NCBI RefSeq assembly: GCF_006345805.1
Contig: NW_021833713.1
Coordinates: 1 to 57,611, forward strand
Length of the DNA: 57,611 nucleotides
Direction: 5' to 3'
From: Octopus sinensis
Taxonomy: Eukaryota
The notes below the pieces were generated by a model, which worked only from the letters and a program-made list of their open reading frames with translations, ran no database searches and was not told the origin of the DNA. This document shows positions 10,335 to 23,359 of this stretch, piece by piece; within the stretch, counting starts at the first letter, position 1; each line of letters begins with the position of its first letter. Position numbers and translations under genes: made by a program.

Positions 10335-13280
10335 ATATATGGAAGCCTCTGATGATAGAGAAGAGGAGGAGCTAGGAACATACAGCTTAGAGGACAAATG
10401 AAAGTTCCTGCAGGACAATCTACTGAGAGCTGCAAACCAAATCTGGTGCAAAGTCCCAGCTAAGCTGAGGGTGACATGGTGGTGGAATAGGGAGGTGGAC
10501 AGCGCTATAAAAGTGAAGAGACAAGCCTAGAAGGACTGGAAAAATGGTGGAAAAATTATTTTACACAAAACTCGATCACACACACAAAATGCCTATTCGT
10601 AAGTTTCTCGCCGTTTCTTTTATATTCTGGTGACGGTTGTCAGGTAGCCAGAAGGGAAGCTAGGTGACAGGTTTACATAGCAAAAGGAACAGCAGAAGGC
10701 AAGAGCTATGCCAATGTTCTATGGTGTGAGGATCAGAGTTGTAAGGTGTTCAGGATAGCAAAGCATGTATCAGAGATAATAGGTGTATGTTGGGTGAGAA
10801 ATGTGTGTGTGAATGGATAATGGTATGTTTACAATTAGTGACTCAGAGAAGAAAGATGTGTTGAAGTGCCACTAAGAAAGGTTACTAAATGTGGGAAATG
10901 AATGGGAGAAGGAGAGACTTTCATATTTTGAAAGAACTAAGGGACCAGCCATCAGAGTTGATAGCAATATAATAGATAAGGCAATTAAGGATATGAAGAC
11001 AGGTAAAACCCCTGGACCATCAGGTATCACTACTGAGATGATTAAAATATCTGATGGTGTAGAATGCAGCCTAGTCACTCACATAGTTAATTAGATTATT
11101 CAAGAAGGCATCATCCTCAATGACTAGTGTAGTAGTATTATAGTTATCTACTACAAGGGTAAAGGTGATGCTTTAGATAGAAACAACTACAGAGGTATCA
11201 AACTGCTAGACCAAGTCATGAAAGTTACAGAGAGAGTTATAGCTCAATTGATTAGGAATAGAATTAAATTAGATGAGATGCAGTTTGGTTCATCTCATCT
11301 AGTTGGGAGTATCACAGATGCCATCTTCCAAGTGAGACAGCTGCAGGAAAAGTATTTGGCCGAAAGTAAGCCGTTGTACTTAACTTTCATTAACCTAGAG
11401 AAAGCTTTTGACAGAAGCCCCACTACTCTATTATCTAGTAGTCTCCAAGGATACTAGAAGTAGAGGAGTGGCTTGTTAGAACTGTACAAGTCATGTACAG
11501 TGGTGCTGTCAGGTGAGAGTTGGCCACGAATACAGTAATGAATTTAGTGTACAGGGCTCAGTTCTTAGTCCACTCCTATTCATTATAGTCCTCCAGGCCA
11601 TAACAGAGGAATTCAAAACTGGATGCCTGTGGGAACTACAATACATGGATGACCTCACTCTTACTGCAGAGTCTGTAGCAGAATTGGAGAAGAAATTCCA
11701 GGTATGGAAGTAAAATCAGGAATCAAAGAACCTTAAAGTTAACCTAGCAAAGACCAAAGTTGTTAGCAAGAAAGCAGATAAAACCCTCTTTCTATGAAGT
11801 AAATGGCCCTACTCAATATGAAGGAAAGGAGTGAAAAGTACTTCTATTTGCTGCACCCAGTGTTAGCTATAGACACATAAGAGATGCAATAGAATTGCAG
11901 GTGGATTAACAGAGAAGGTCATTTTCATATATGACAGATGTGAAGGAACAATAAGCATTAAGAGCATACAAGACTTAGACTCTCTCAATTGCCTAGAAGG
12001 CTCTATTGAGGTAGTAGATAGTTTCTGTTACCTGGCTGACCAAATTAGCAATGGAGTGGATACTTTCAAAGTATTCTTTCTCGAAAAAGGAGAGGATGGA
12101 GAAAGTTCAAATTACTACTACCTCTACTGGCAACAAAAGAACTCTCTCAGGGTGAAAGGTAGATTGTATGCTTGTGTACAAATGGCTATACTCCATGGTA
12201 GTGAGACATGGGCTCTGAATGCAGAGGACATGCATAGACTAGAGAGGATTGAAAGAAGTATACTCCACTGGATGTACATGAACAACAAAGCACAGATGTG
12301 TTAAGAGAAAAGTTAGGCATAAAAGGAATGTAATGCAGTGTGCAAGAGAGGAGACTATGTTGGTTTCGATGTGATGCATATGAATGAAGACAACTGCATA
12401 AAGAAGTACTGGTCACTGAAAGTGGATAGCACCTGGGGAAGATGGAGATCCAGGAAGACATGGGATGAAGTGGTGAGGACTGATCTCAGGATGCTGGGGC
12501 TCGTGGAGCCCTAGCATCCTGAGATCAGTCCTCACAGCATTCCCCCCACTACATTTGCAATGCTCTGTTACATATATTATGATCTTCATCTCCTGGGGGT
12601 ATACCCTGGCACTTGCCATCATTTATCTCTCTCTTTGTTACTCTACTATCCCATCTATACTCTGATCACCATTCCTTGTGAGTATATCCTGGCACTTCTC
12701 CCCCATCTTTGTCCTATACCTCTTGCACCCTTGCTGTCTCCCACTCCCTCTCTCTCTTTCTCTTGATCTTCCCTCTGGATGGGTAATCATGTGTCTCTTC
12801 TAGAGCAGCACACCTCTTTCTGTCCTCATTCTTGATCAGTCTCTCCCCCTCCATCTCTCACTCTTACCTCTGGCAAGGTAACCATTTATCTCCTTTATAG
12901 TAGCTCATCTGTTTTTGTCCTCTTTCTTATTAACTCCCTCTCTCTCTCTCTCTGTTCAGGTAACCATGTATCTCCTCTGTAGCAAACATCTGTTTTCATC
13001 TCTTTGTCAGACACTAACTTTTCATCATCTGATAAAAGATCACTTTCTTCCATGACCCCTCTCTTCTCCAAGATTCCTTGTCTTGTAAGTTACTGGTGCC
13101 ACTTAAAAAGCACCCAGTCCATACTATAAAGTGGTTGGCATTTGGAAGGGCATCCAACTATAAAAACCATGCCAAAACAGACACAGAAGTATGGTGCAGT
13201 CTTCTGTCTGGCTAGCTCCTGTCAAACCATCCAACCCATGCCAGCATGGAAGGAGGACATTAACGATGATGATGATATAT
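10335..13280 (+). mobile_element. Decayed RTE-clade LINE (CT-rich 3' UTR subfamily)
   Basis: MKTGKTPGPSGITTEM, LDEMQFG, LEKAFDR, QGSVLSPLLF, QYMDDL and LHGSETW. Pyrimidine-rich UTR at 12550-13090, then the shared 3' terminus with a GAT tail. Confidence 0.9.
12473..12535. repeat. Fold-back hairpin: 30-bp arms, 3-nt loop
   Basis: GTGAGGACTGATCTCAGGATGCTGGGGCTC-GTG-GAGCCCTAGCATCCTGAGATCAGTCCTCAC, with a single G-T mismatch. Confidence 0.95.
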
Positions 13281-14064
13281 ACACACAAACATACACATAA
13301 ACATATACACATGTTCACAAATACTGACTGAATATACAACATTTATGCAAAGTTACACAAGAGTACACTCATGGCATATGCTCCAGTTGTCTAAAGGCTC
13401 AAGATCCAACATGGAGAAATTTCCGAGTGTGGGGAAGTATAAACAATAACACAGAAGAGTTGAGGTCCACTACAGCTGTTTCAGACATGTTCTTTACTGA
13501 TGGACAAAAATAGTACATCATGTAAAAAACCTGTTTTCTTCAGTGAATTATGAGTACAATTTAACACTTAGGATTTTTCACATAAATAGAACATAATACA
13601 AGTTGACCCTCCCATCTTAGTTACTGCTGACACATATATATATATATGCACACATACATACACATACATTATACTGGTGAACAAGCAAAATCTATACACT
13701 CGTAAGTATACGTAGGTGTGTATGTGTGTGTATGTTCTATTTTATGTGACATGTGAGGTTATTGATCATTTGCATAACAAGGAAAAGTGTATATATTTGG
13801 AGCTTCGACATTGATCATTGTATTCATTGCAGGACACTGATGACATGAAACACATGGCTGCATGTTTCTACTACTGTTATGTGATTATTTCAGCAGATCA
13901 TGTGTTTGTTTATTGTTTTTCCCAATTATTTGACTCATATTCCACACTCAAGCTGATCTCAAGTTGGTGCCTTGCATTGTACTACACTGGATACAGGAGT
14001 AGAATATGGAATCCACTAATAAGCCCAATTTTGGTTGAGTATTGCATTTTACTGCACTCCCTCT

Positions 14065-15925
14065 CCTTGATATATCACCTTCATCATCATCATTTAACAC
14101 CTGTTTTCTACACTGGCATGAGTCAGATCGCTTGACAGGAGCTGACAAAACTGGGAGCTGCTTCAAGTTCTGTTGTCTGTTGTGACATGGTCTCTACAGC
14201 TGGATACCCTTCCGATCACGAACCACTTTACATAGTGCACTGGGTAGTTTTTATGTAATACCAGCACCAAGAGGGTCCCAAAGTGTCTTACAAAACAAGA
14301 AAAGTCTCAACTAGGAGGGTGATTAGTATTGAGTTTGTGTGGCTTTGAGCCATTTGAAAGATTAGAGGTATAGAAGGACAGAAAAAGGTGTCTTACAGTA
14401 GAGTAGATAGATGGATACTCCAGTTGGGAAGGAAAAGAGAGTGAGTTACAGAGTAAGATAAAGAGAGTGATAGTGACAAAAATGTTTCAGGACATACACT
14501 TAAGGAACACAGGGAGTGTTGAGAATAAGTAAGGTGATACAGAATAAATGAGGTAAGTGAGCAGGGTAAAGGTGACTGTAGCAAATGACAAAGAGAGAAA
14601 TATAGGAGAGGCTCAGGGGTGAGGGTTGCAATAGATATGTGAGGGGATTGGAGATGACAGTCAATAAATAAGATGTCAATGATGGAGAAGAGCAAAGGGG
14701 AGAGAAGATACAGAAAAACAATGATTGATGAAGACAGAAGATGGGAAGATAATGGAAAATAAAAGTGGTTTGAGGTGGAGGAACAAAGGTAACTGAGAAA
14801 CTAGGGAGATGTAGTATGTGCCTTTTCTGTTCTTAGGCAGTAGAAAAATGATGGGTGTTTGTAGGAGAAATGTGTGAGTGTGTAGTGGTGGAATGGTTGA
14901 TAGGGCAGAGAGGATGGAGGTGGAGATAGGGCAAAACATAGACAAGCATTACCAAAGTGATTTTAGGATATCAATTCTACTGTAGTAGATGAGTCTTCTT
15001 CAGTACAGCAAGGTACCAGGTATTTCAGTCCTTTCTCATTTCCTTAATAAGGCTCAGTGTCTTGAGATCAGCCTTCAATGCTTTGTCCCATGTCATCATA
15101 GGTCTTTCTTTTCCATAAGTTCCATATACATTAAGTGACTGGCACTTCTTTATGCTACTGTCCTCATCCATAGGTATCGCATGAATAAACCAGTCCAGAC
15201 TTATCTCTTGCACACTGCATTTAATTCCTCTTATGCCTAAATATTTTCTCAATACACTAACACTCTGCTGTACATGTATACTGGCAATGCACATCTGAAC
15301 AAAGCATACTAGCTCCATTCCTTTCTAGTCTCAACATGTTCTCTACATTCAGGGCCCATGTTTGACTATCATGTGGAATTGCTGTTTGTACACATGCATC
15401 ATACAATCTTCCTTTCATTTGGAGACAGTGTGATCTTTGATTTCCAGCAAAGACAAAAGCTCCAAATTTTCTCCATTCTATTCCCATTCCAGCAGTTACA
15501 CTTTTGGAACATCCTCCTCTACTGCTAATTAGGTAAGCTAGGTAGTAAAAATTATTCACTACCTGTACAGAGCCTAAGGATCATTTGAGAAATTCAACTT
15601 CCTGTGTATCTGTAGACTTTATGGATCCTGTGCATCTTCCACATGCAAAAGCTACTTTCTCTTTTAACCTTCCTATTATTCCACTTCACCATAACTTTCA
15701 CTGGATACACCATTTGGAATTCCAGCCAACACATATGCTACATATCAAGCAGGACATTTACCTGAAGGGGTAGGAAACTGTCAGTTTCCTTGCTTAATAG
15801 GAGCTTGGACTTTGTCAAGCTAATTTTAATTAAAGGTTTTGCTTCAATGTCTGGAATTTCTTTTCTAGTTCTGTTACAGAATCTGCTATGAGAGCAATCA
15901 TCAGCATATAGCAGTCCCCAATGGC
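14065..15925 (-). mobile_element. Decayed RTE-clade LINE, 3' part, truncated at a (CT)n(TA)n microsatellite
   Basis: GRLYDACVQTAIPHDSQTW and KERPMMTWDKALKADL. GA-rich (minus-strand CT-rich) UTR at 14300-14940 and a catcatcat tail at about 14070-14095. Confidence 0.85.
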
Positions 15926-15928
15926 AGG

Positions 15929-16060
<132 letters not shown>

Positions 16061-16069
16061 ATAAAAATT

Positions 16070-17531
16070 ACTTGGAAAAGGATGTGTGGCATTCGATCAT
16101 ATAATAATATTAATATATGCATATATACATACATATATGTACATATCTACATATATATGTATATATACATGCATATATAGGTACAGGACATCAAAAAAAC
16201 GTTGAACACAATGAGAAACGAAAATATAAAACAAAAACAGAAAATGAACATTTTTTTGAACAACGAAAAAAACAAACAGAGAAATGAGACACGCAACATA
16301 ACGAATATTCCCCTTCATCAGTTGTCCCTGTTTCATCTACTCCACGTTTCGAAAGCAAGGACAATAAGCGACTTTTTTGAAACAGTCTTTCCCGCAAAAT
16401 AAATTAAAGAAAATTTGGGATTTTTTGTGGAGGGTGAAAGTGGTAACAAGAACAGGACAGTGAGAACAAGACAGTAAAAACAGACGGTGAGGGCTGTTAA
16501 GCCAAGACGATAGAAAAATTATTATGAACACTAGGAAGACGAGCTTATGAGAAGAGACAAGTTTAAGCACGTTGTCTTTAGGAAGGAAATGGGCAGAAAG
16601 ATAGATTCTCTTTTGTCACATGCCAGCGATGAGAGAGTCAAGAAGGAAGAGTGAGAGAGAGGGAACGGTGAAGAGAAGAGAAGAATAGGAAAGGTTGGGA
16701 GAGAAAACCAGAAAGGATGAAGAACATGAGAGAGAGAGATAGACAGAGAAGAGATAGTAGAGATAGAAGAATGCGCATTGTAATTATTAAGATAAAACTT
16801 ACTTGGAAAAGGATGTGTGGCATTCGATCATATAATAATATTAATATATGCATATATACATACATATATGTACATATCTACATATATATGTATATATACA
16901 TGCATATATAGGTACAGGACATCAAAAAAACGTTGAACACAATGAGAAACGAAAATATAACACAAAAACAGAAAACGAACATTTTTTTGAACAACGAAAA
17001 AAACAAACAGAGAAATGAGACACGCAACATAACGAATATTCCCCTTCATCAGTTGTCCCTGTTTCATCTACTCCACGTTTCGAAAGCAAGGACAATAAGC
17101 GACTTTTTTGAAACAGTCTTTCCCGCAAAATAAATTAAAGAAAATTTGGGATTTTTTGTGGAGGGTGAAAGTGGTAACAAGAACAGGACAGTGAGAACAA
17201 GACAGTAAAAACAGACGGTGAGGGCTGTTAAGCCAAGACGATAGAAAAATTATTATGAACACTAGGAAGATGAGCTTATGAGAAGAGACAAGTTTAAGCA
17301 TGTTGTCTTTAGGAAGGAAATGGGCAGAAAGATAGATTCTCTTTTGTCACATGCCAGCGATGAGAGAGTCAAGAAGGAAGAGTGAGAGAGAGGGAACGGT
17401 GAAGAGAAGAGAAGAATAGGAAAGGTCGGGAGAGAAAACCAGAAAGGATGAAGAACATGAGAGAGAGAGATAGACAGAGAAGAGATAGTAGAGATAGAAG
17501 AATGCGCATTGTAATTATTAAGATAAAACTT
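16070..17531. repeat. Tandem duplication, two 731-bp units, plus a diverged partial third unit from 17532
   Basis: Units start at 16070, 16801 and 17532. Paired ORFs are offset by exactly 731. Five substitutions were found between units 1 and 2. Confidence 0.95.
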
Positions 17532-17609
17532 ACTTGGAAAAGGATGCGTGGTGTTTGATCATATAATAATATAAATAATATATAAATAAATGCATATATA
17601 CATACATAT

Positions 17610-17728
17610 TGGCCTGCTCGCTTAGCCAGCGGGGTGGCATCATTTGAAGGCTAAAACAATGCGAAGCGCATTGAACCAGCGATGTGTAGCAACATCTGAT
17701 AGCCTGGTCAGTCACGTGATCACGTGAT
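17610..17728 (+). mobile_element. 119-bp retroposon 3'-end insertion with (CACGTGAT)2 tail and a possible 12-bp TSD
   Basis: Flanked by ATACATACATAT at 17598-17609 and 17729-17740. It interrupts the third partial copy of the 731-bp unit. Confidence 0.55.
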
Positions 17729-17899
17729 ATACATACATATATGTACATACCTACATATATGTATATATACATGCATATATGGGTAGAAACATTTATATAT
17801 GGGATGAGGGGAATATTCTTGAAATATTTATCTATAATCGTCAAAAGCTTGTTTATTTTTATGTTTTTTTTATTTATTTTTAGTGTTGCTTAATATGTT

Positions 17900-19035
17900 T
17901 TGCTAAAATTGCTGCTTCTTTTCAGATATCACACAAAAAATTAATTAAATTCATTAAAATGACAGATCTATTGGACTTTCAAAGAGAACAAATTGTTGGT
18001 GCTCATATGGCAGGTGCTAGCATAATGCAAACAGCCCAAATGTTTAGTGTTCAAGAATGTACTGTCTTGAAAATAATGACAGCTTTGAGAAAGAGGGAAA
18101 AACCTCCTCGGTGAAACAAAACTCTGGAAGAAAACCCAAGCTTTCAGATAGGGACTGTTGGATTCTTATGTGTATTGTGGAAAGGATCTAAAAGTACAGC
18201 GCCCAAAATTACTGGAGAGCTTAATGATCACTACGAGAACCCAGTTTCCACAAAAACTGTTCACTGGGAGCTGCTCAAAGCCAGATTTCACAGGAGGGCT
18301 GCAATCAGAAAACCATTACTTTCAAGAACAAAAGTTGCAAAACATTTAGAGTGGAGTAAAAACTTCCAGAATTGGTGCATAGAGCAGTGGAAGAATGTTA
18401 TTTTCTTGGACAAGTCATCCTTTACCATATATCCGACCACCGGCCGAGTATATATGTGGAGACAGCCAAAAGAAGCATTTGACCCAGACTGGCTTCTTTG
18501 AACCGTTAAACATGGAGGAGGATTTGTGATGATCTGTGGAGTGCTATATTTTGGATATCTGCCAGCCCAATGGTTTCTCTTCATGGCAGAATTAATAGTC
18601 AAGGCTATTTAAGCAATTTATCTGATCAAATTTATCACATGGTTGTGGAACTGCTTCTGGAGGCAAACACAATATTTCAGGATGATAATGCAACCAATTC
18701 ACACAGCTAAAGTTGTTACTGAATGGCAATGAGGAACAATCTAGTGAAGTTGAACATCTTATCTGGCCCCCACAGTCTCCAGATCTCAATATTATAGAAT
18801 ATTTATGGTGCATTTTAGAAAACAAGTAAGGATCTTGATATCCTCCACCATCATCACTACAAGAACTGGAGACTGTTTAGCTGAAGAATGGACAAATTTT
18901 CCTTTGAAACAATTAAAACTTTGTACGATTCATACCTCATAGATTCAACCTGTAATTACTGCCAAGGCTATCCTACCCCATATTAAAATAAATTTGTTTG
19001 AAATTTTAAGGTGTTTCCATTATTTTGTCTAACCC

Positions 19036-19038
<3 letters not shown>
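17900..19038 (+). mobile_element. Decayed Tc1/Tc3-like (DD34E) transposon; right TIR present, left TIR missing
   Basis: ATG at 17959 (MTDLLDFQREQIVGAHMAGASI), SGRKPKLSDRD, WKNVIFLDKSSF, QDDNA and WPPQSPDLNIIEYLW. Stop at about 18986; ends ...CTAACCCCTG|TA at 19038. Confidence 0.88.
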
Positions 19039-19071
<33 letters not shown>

Positions 19072-19084
19072 TATATATTATATA

Positions 19085-21525
19085 TATATTATGAGACAAA
19101 GTACATTTGCATGTATGATGGTTCACTTGCACTCAGTGATTCTGGAAAGAAAGAGACCTGGAAGTGCCACTATGAAAGGCTGCTAAATGTAGAAAATACA
19201 TGAGAGAAGGAGAGTCTGCCTCATGTTGATCCAACACAGACAAGCTATGTGAATCAGTAGCAGTCTGGTAGATAAAGCATTTAATAATATGAAGAAAAGG
19301 AAAGCTTCTAGCCCATCAGCTATCACTGATAAGATGTTTAAAACATCTTGTAGAGTGGGGCATGACCTAGTCATCTGTATAGATAATCAGGTTGTCTACA
19401 AGGAAGTTATACCCAAAGATTGGTGTAGTAGCATTATAGTCAACTGCTAGAAAGGTAAGGGTGACACCTTAGACAGAAATAATTAAAGTATCAAATTGCT
19501 GGGCCAGGTGATGAAGGTTACAAAAAGGGTTCATAACTCAATTAAATAGGAAAAGAGTTAGCTTAGATGTGATACAGTTCAGTTTTGTGCCAGTAAAAAG
19601 CCTTACCAATACTATTTTCCTGGAGAGCTGCAGAAATATTTAGCTGAAAATAAACATTTGTACTTGGCTTTTGTTGATATGGAGAAAAACTTGGACAGGG
19701 TCTCCTGCTCCCTTATCTGGTAGTCAATGTAGAAGCTACAGATAAATGACTGGTCGTTGTACAAGCCATGTACAGGGACGCTGCCAGTAAGGTGAGAGAG
19801 AGTTAGCAAAGAATATAGCAAGGAATTTAGGGTAAAGGTAGGAGTTAACCAAGGATTGGTACACAGTCTCCTCTTATGTATCATAGTCTTCTAGGCCTTA
19901 ACAGAGAAACTGAAGACGGCTGCCATTGGGCACTCTACTGTAATGATGTTCTTGTTCTTACTGCTGAATCACTACAGAATTAGGGAAGAAATTTCAGGTC
20001 TGGAAGCAAAGGGCCTTAGAGTTAATTTAGCAAAAGCCAAAGTCTTGGTAAGTTGGAAAACTCACTAATCCCTTTAGAGTGATAGTCCTACTCAATATGA
20101 AGGAAAGTTGTTGATAGAAACTCCATATGGGATGCCCAGTGATAGCTATGGACACATAAGAAGTGCAGCAATATTACAGGAAGGTTAACAGAGAAAGTAG
20201 TCTTTGTGTGTGGTAAATGTGCAGGTACAGAAAACAGACTCTCTCAAATGTTAGAAGGGTCCTTAGAAGTAATAGATAGTTTCTGTTACCTAGGTAACCA
20301 AGTTAGTAGTGGAGGAAGAAGCTCTGAAGGCATAGTTGTTAGAATAAGAACAGACTGGGCAATATCCAGAGAGCTGCTACATTTATTGGTAACAAAGAGT
20401 CTTACTCTCAGAGGGAAAGTCAGAGTGTATGATGACTGTATGAACAGCTATGCTACATGGCAGTGAAATATGGGTTCTGACAACAGAGAACATGCAAAGG
20501 CTTGAAAGAAATGAAGTCAGCCTATTCCACCAGATGGGTAATGTTAGGGTGCATATATGACAGAGTGTAAATGATTTATGAGAAAATCTGGGTATAAGAG
20601 GCAACAAATGTAGTATGGAAGAGAGAAGGCTGCACTGGAATGGATGAGGAAGCTGCATAAAGAAGTACCTATCTCTAGCTATGCAGGAAACCTGTGAAAG
20701 GGGTAAAGCCAGGAAGACAAGGGACAAAATGGTGAGAAATTAGCTACAAAGGTAGACTCTCTTTGAGAAGATAACAAAAGAGCAAGACTTCTAGTGGTTT
20801 GTTGTACTTGAGGAGACATATCAAGCTGAATAAAATCATAGTCAACCATACATACTGGCATATCTTTTACAGCCATAGCTCCACCTTCACATACACACAT
20901 AATTTTGTCCTCTGGCAAAAACCACCCACAATCCACCTCCCTAACAACCCCACCATCCGCTGCAGGCTCTCCAGTTCTTCTCACCATTACTTGTTATAAA
21001 CCTTAAATATCACCCCTCACCATTATTCTCTTTGGATAGGTCCCCCTCTCTCTCTGACTGTCTATATCTTTCTCTCTCTACTCCCACTTCCTCCCCTTAT
21101 TGTCCTACTGGGTTACCAAGTATCATCTATGTTGTAAGACAGCTATCCCAATCCCAATGTCATACTTCCACTTATCACCTGGCACATGGCCACTTCTCTT
21201 CGTTCCTCTCCTTCTCTCAACTGAGATGGTCTTGTCTTGCAAGCTACTTGGCAATGCTGTGGGTGCTGGTGCCACATGAAAAGCATCTGTAATGGCACTA
21301 TGAATAAAGCATCCATGCTGGCACCACATAAGAAAAACCCATGCTGAAACCAAATTAAAAGCTCCTAGTACATTTTGTAAAGTGACTGGCATTATGAAGG
21401 GCATCCAACTGTAGAAACAATGCCAAAATAGAAGACGGGAGCCTGGTGTAGCCCTCTGATTTGCCAGCTCTTGTTAAACATGGAAAACATATATCAAGTA
21501 ATGATGGTGATGTTGATAATGATGT
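19085..21525 (+). mobile_element. Heavily decayed RTE-clade LINE (CT-rich UTR subfamily)
   Basis: RT fragments (LAFVDMEKNLDRV; CGKCAGT..LEVIDSFCYLGNQVSSGG), pyrimidine-rich UTR and the shared 3' terminus. Confidence 0.8.
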
Positions 21526-22703
21526 AGCAGGTAACAACTTCAGACTTGGAGAGTTAAAAGGACTTGGAGACACAAATCAATCTGGAAAATATCGAGTTTA
21601 AGAGCAATTACTTCTTGATCATGAAATAGGGTAAATAAACTTTCATCCTCATTTCTAAGTAGATTGAATGTTTTCTCAAAACAGTAAAAGTTGTGATATT
21701 GAAGGTTTGTGATTTTCATTTTTAATACTTGTAACACATTTTTGGAGCTTTTCTATATTCATGCCTGCATTCTTTAAATTTTGCAGGTCTGGTATCATAT
21801 TCCAACCCTTTCAAATTTTGCTTTCTGGTATGGAAATTGCATCCATATGTATGCAGCCTATCAATGCTTTAAGTGCATTTTCTTTTTAGCAATTTGATAC
21901 TAAGTAATATGCATATTTTCAAGTGCCATGCAATATTTTTAGGCTAATTAAGAAATCACACACACAAAGTAGCAGATTCACAGACAAGTTTTGGTATTTT
22001 CAGAAGGTATCATAGAAATGCTAATGTCAGCAAAATTTATGACATCACAGCAGCCAATTCAATACAAAAACTAAAAGAACTTGTATTGGCCTTCCATTGT
22101 GAAATTTCAAGCTTATATCAAATTCTATCCCACTTTCTCTTTCCTTATGTGGTTGAATGATTGAAATTTCTTTATTTTCAATATCGATAGGCAAATAACT
22201 TCAAACTGCTACCAAACCTAACTTCTCTCTCTTGCTCTGTGAAAATATACAGTTATTTCAGATCTTGAATAATGAATATTTCATCTCTCTACTCACTGAC
22301 AAATTAATTTCAACTTAGATTGGTAAATTTCATGGTGGAATATTCTATCATGCAATATCAACTGAATCCATTTCTAATACCCACCCACTATTCACCATCA
22401 CTTCTGCAAAAGCAACTCAAGCATATGCATAAATGCATTGTTTATATCTTTTATTACATTTTTTTGACCCATGAGTATGTACACAGAAGTATGGAACATA
22501 TTTATAATGTATGTGCATACACTTGAATGAAGGCTTTCCGGCACTGAAGGAAATTAAAACTGCAATTGTAACATTATTTTGACACTAAACACAAGGACCT
22601 GCAGCCTCTGGGCATGTGACCCCAAAAATCTTTCTCTTTCATTAACTGAAATCATTCCCCAAGACTCCTTAGTTCTACAGGCACAGAGACAGGTAGATAT
22701 GCA

Positions 22704-23335
22704 TGTGGTCTGATCAATAAGTATCCGGACTGTTGCCATAGTAACAAAGCTACAGCATGCAGAGTGAAACTGCTAGGCACCTTTAACTCCACTGTGCATG
22801 TGCACTAAATTTGACATTCTAGCTCACTTCTACTGTTTATAGCAGTGTTTAGAAGTAATGTGCATAGTGTATGTTCATCACATTGACCTGCTCAGAGGCC
22901 ATTGCAGTTTTCAGAGGCCTACGCAAAATTTTTAAATAGTTTTCATCATTCTTGACACAATCAAGGAGATTTTATGCAACTAAAATCCGAGTGTCCTTTT
23001 GGTCAGCTGAAAGCAGTTTTGGCACAAACTTGGTAGATATATGTCTCATACCCAAATCTTCAGTGATAACGGACTGAATTGAACCATAACAAATCTGCAC
23101 ATGTGATAACTCATGGATGGTGATATGACAATTTCCCCTCACAGCTGCATGCCCATCTGTGATGTTTTTCTCAGTTCTGCTGGTTGCGGGTCTCCTAGAA
23201 CATTCGTCACTGTTGGCATTTTTTGGCTATCTTAGAAACGTCTGAACCAGTTGTACACTTGTGTACGGATCATACACTCCTCTCCATACACTTTCTGCAG
23301 CTTTGCATAGGCTTCTGAGCAGGTATTGCAATGGA
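22704..23335 (-). mobile_element. Mariner-like fragment (TIR-like end plus N-terminal transposase)
   Basis: Minus-strand LQKVYGEECMIRTQVYNWFRRF and EDLGMRHISTKFVPKLLSADQK. TIR-like GGTCTGATCAATAAGTATCCGGACT at about 22707-22731. Confidence 0.75.
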
Positions 23336-23359
23336 ATCTTTCTCTGTTATGGTCATATG

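Noticed and set aside
13830-13865. CTGATGA-CAT-GAAAC motif
   Set aside because: No stem II, no NUH triplet and no correctly placed stem I, so it is treated as chance.
16300-16360. GAAACGT and CTGATGA on the minus strand of the 731-bp unit as a possible hammerhead
   Set aside because: The order would need type II topology, but stems I and II do not pair properly and the cleavage position is G.
21530-22100. Short minus-strand ORFs in non-repetitive-looking DNA as host exons or a hAT relic
   Set aside because: There are stops in all frames, no convincing splice pair and no recognisable motif.
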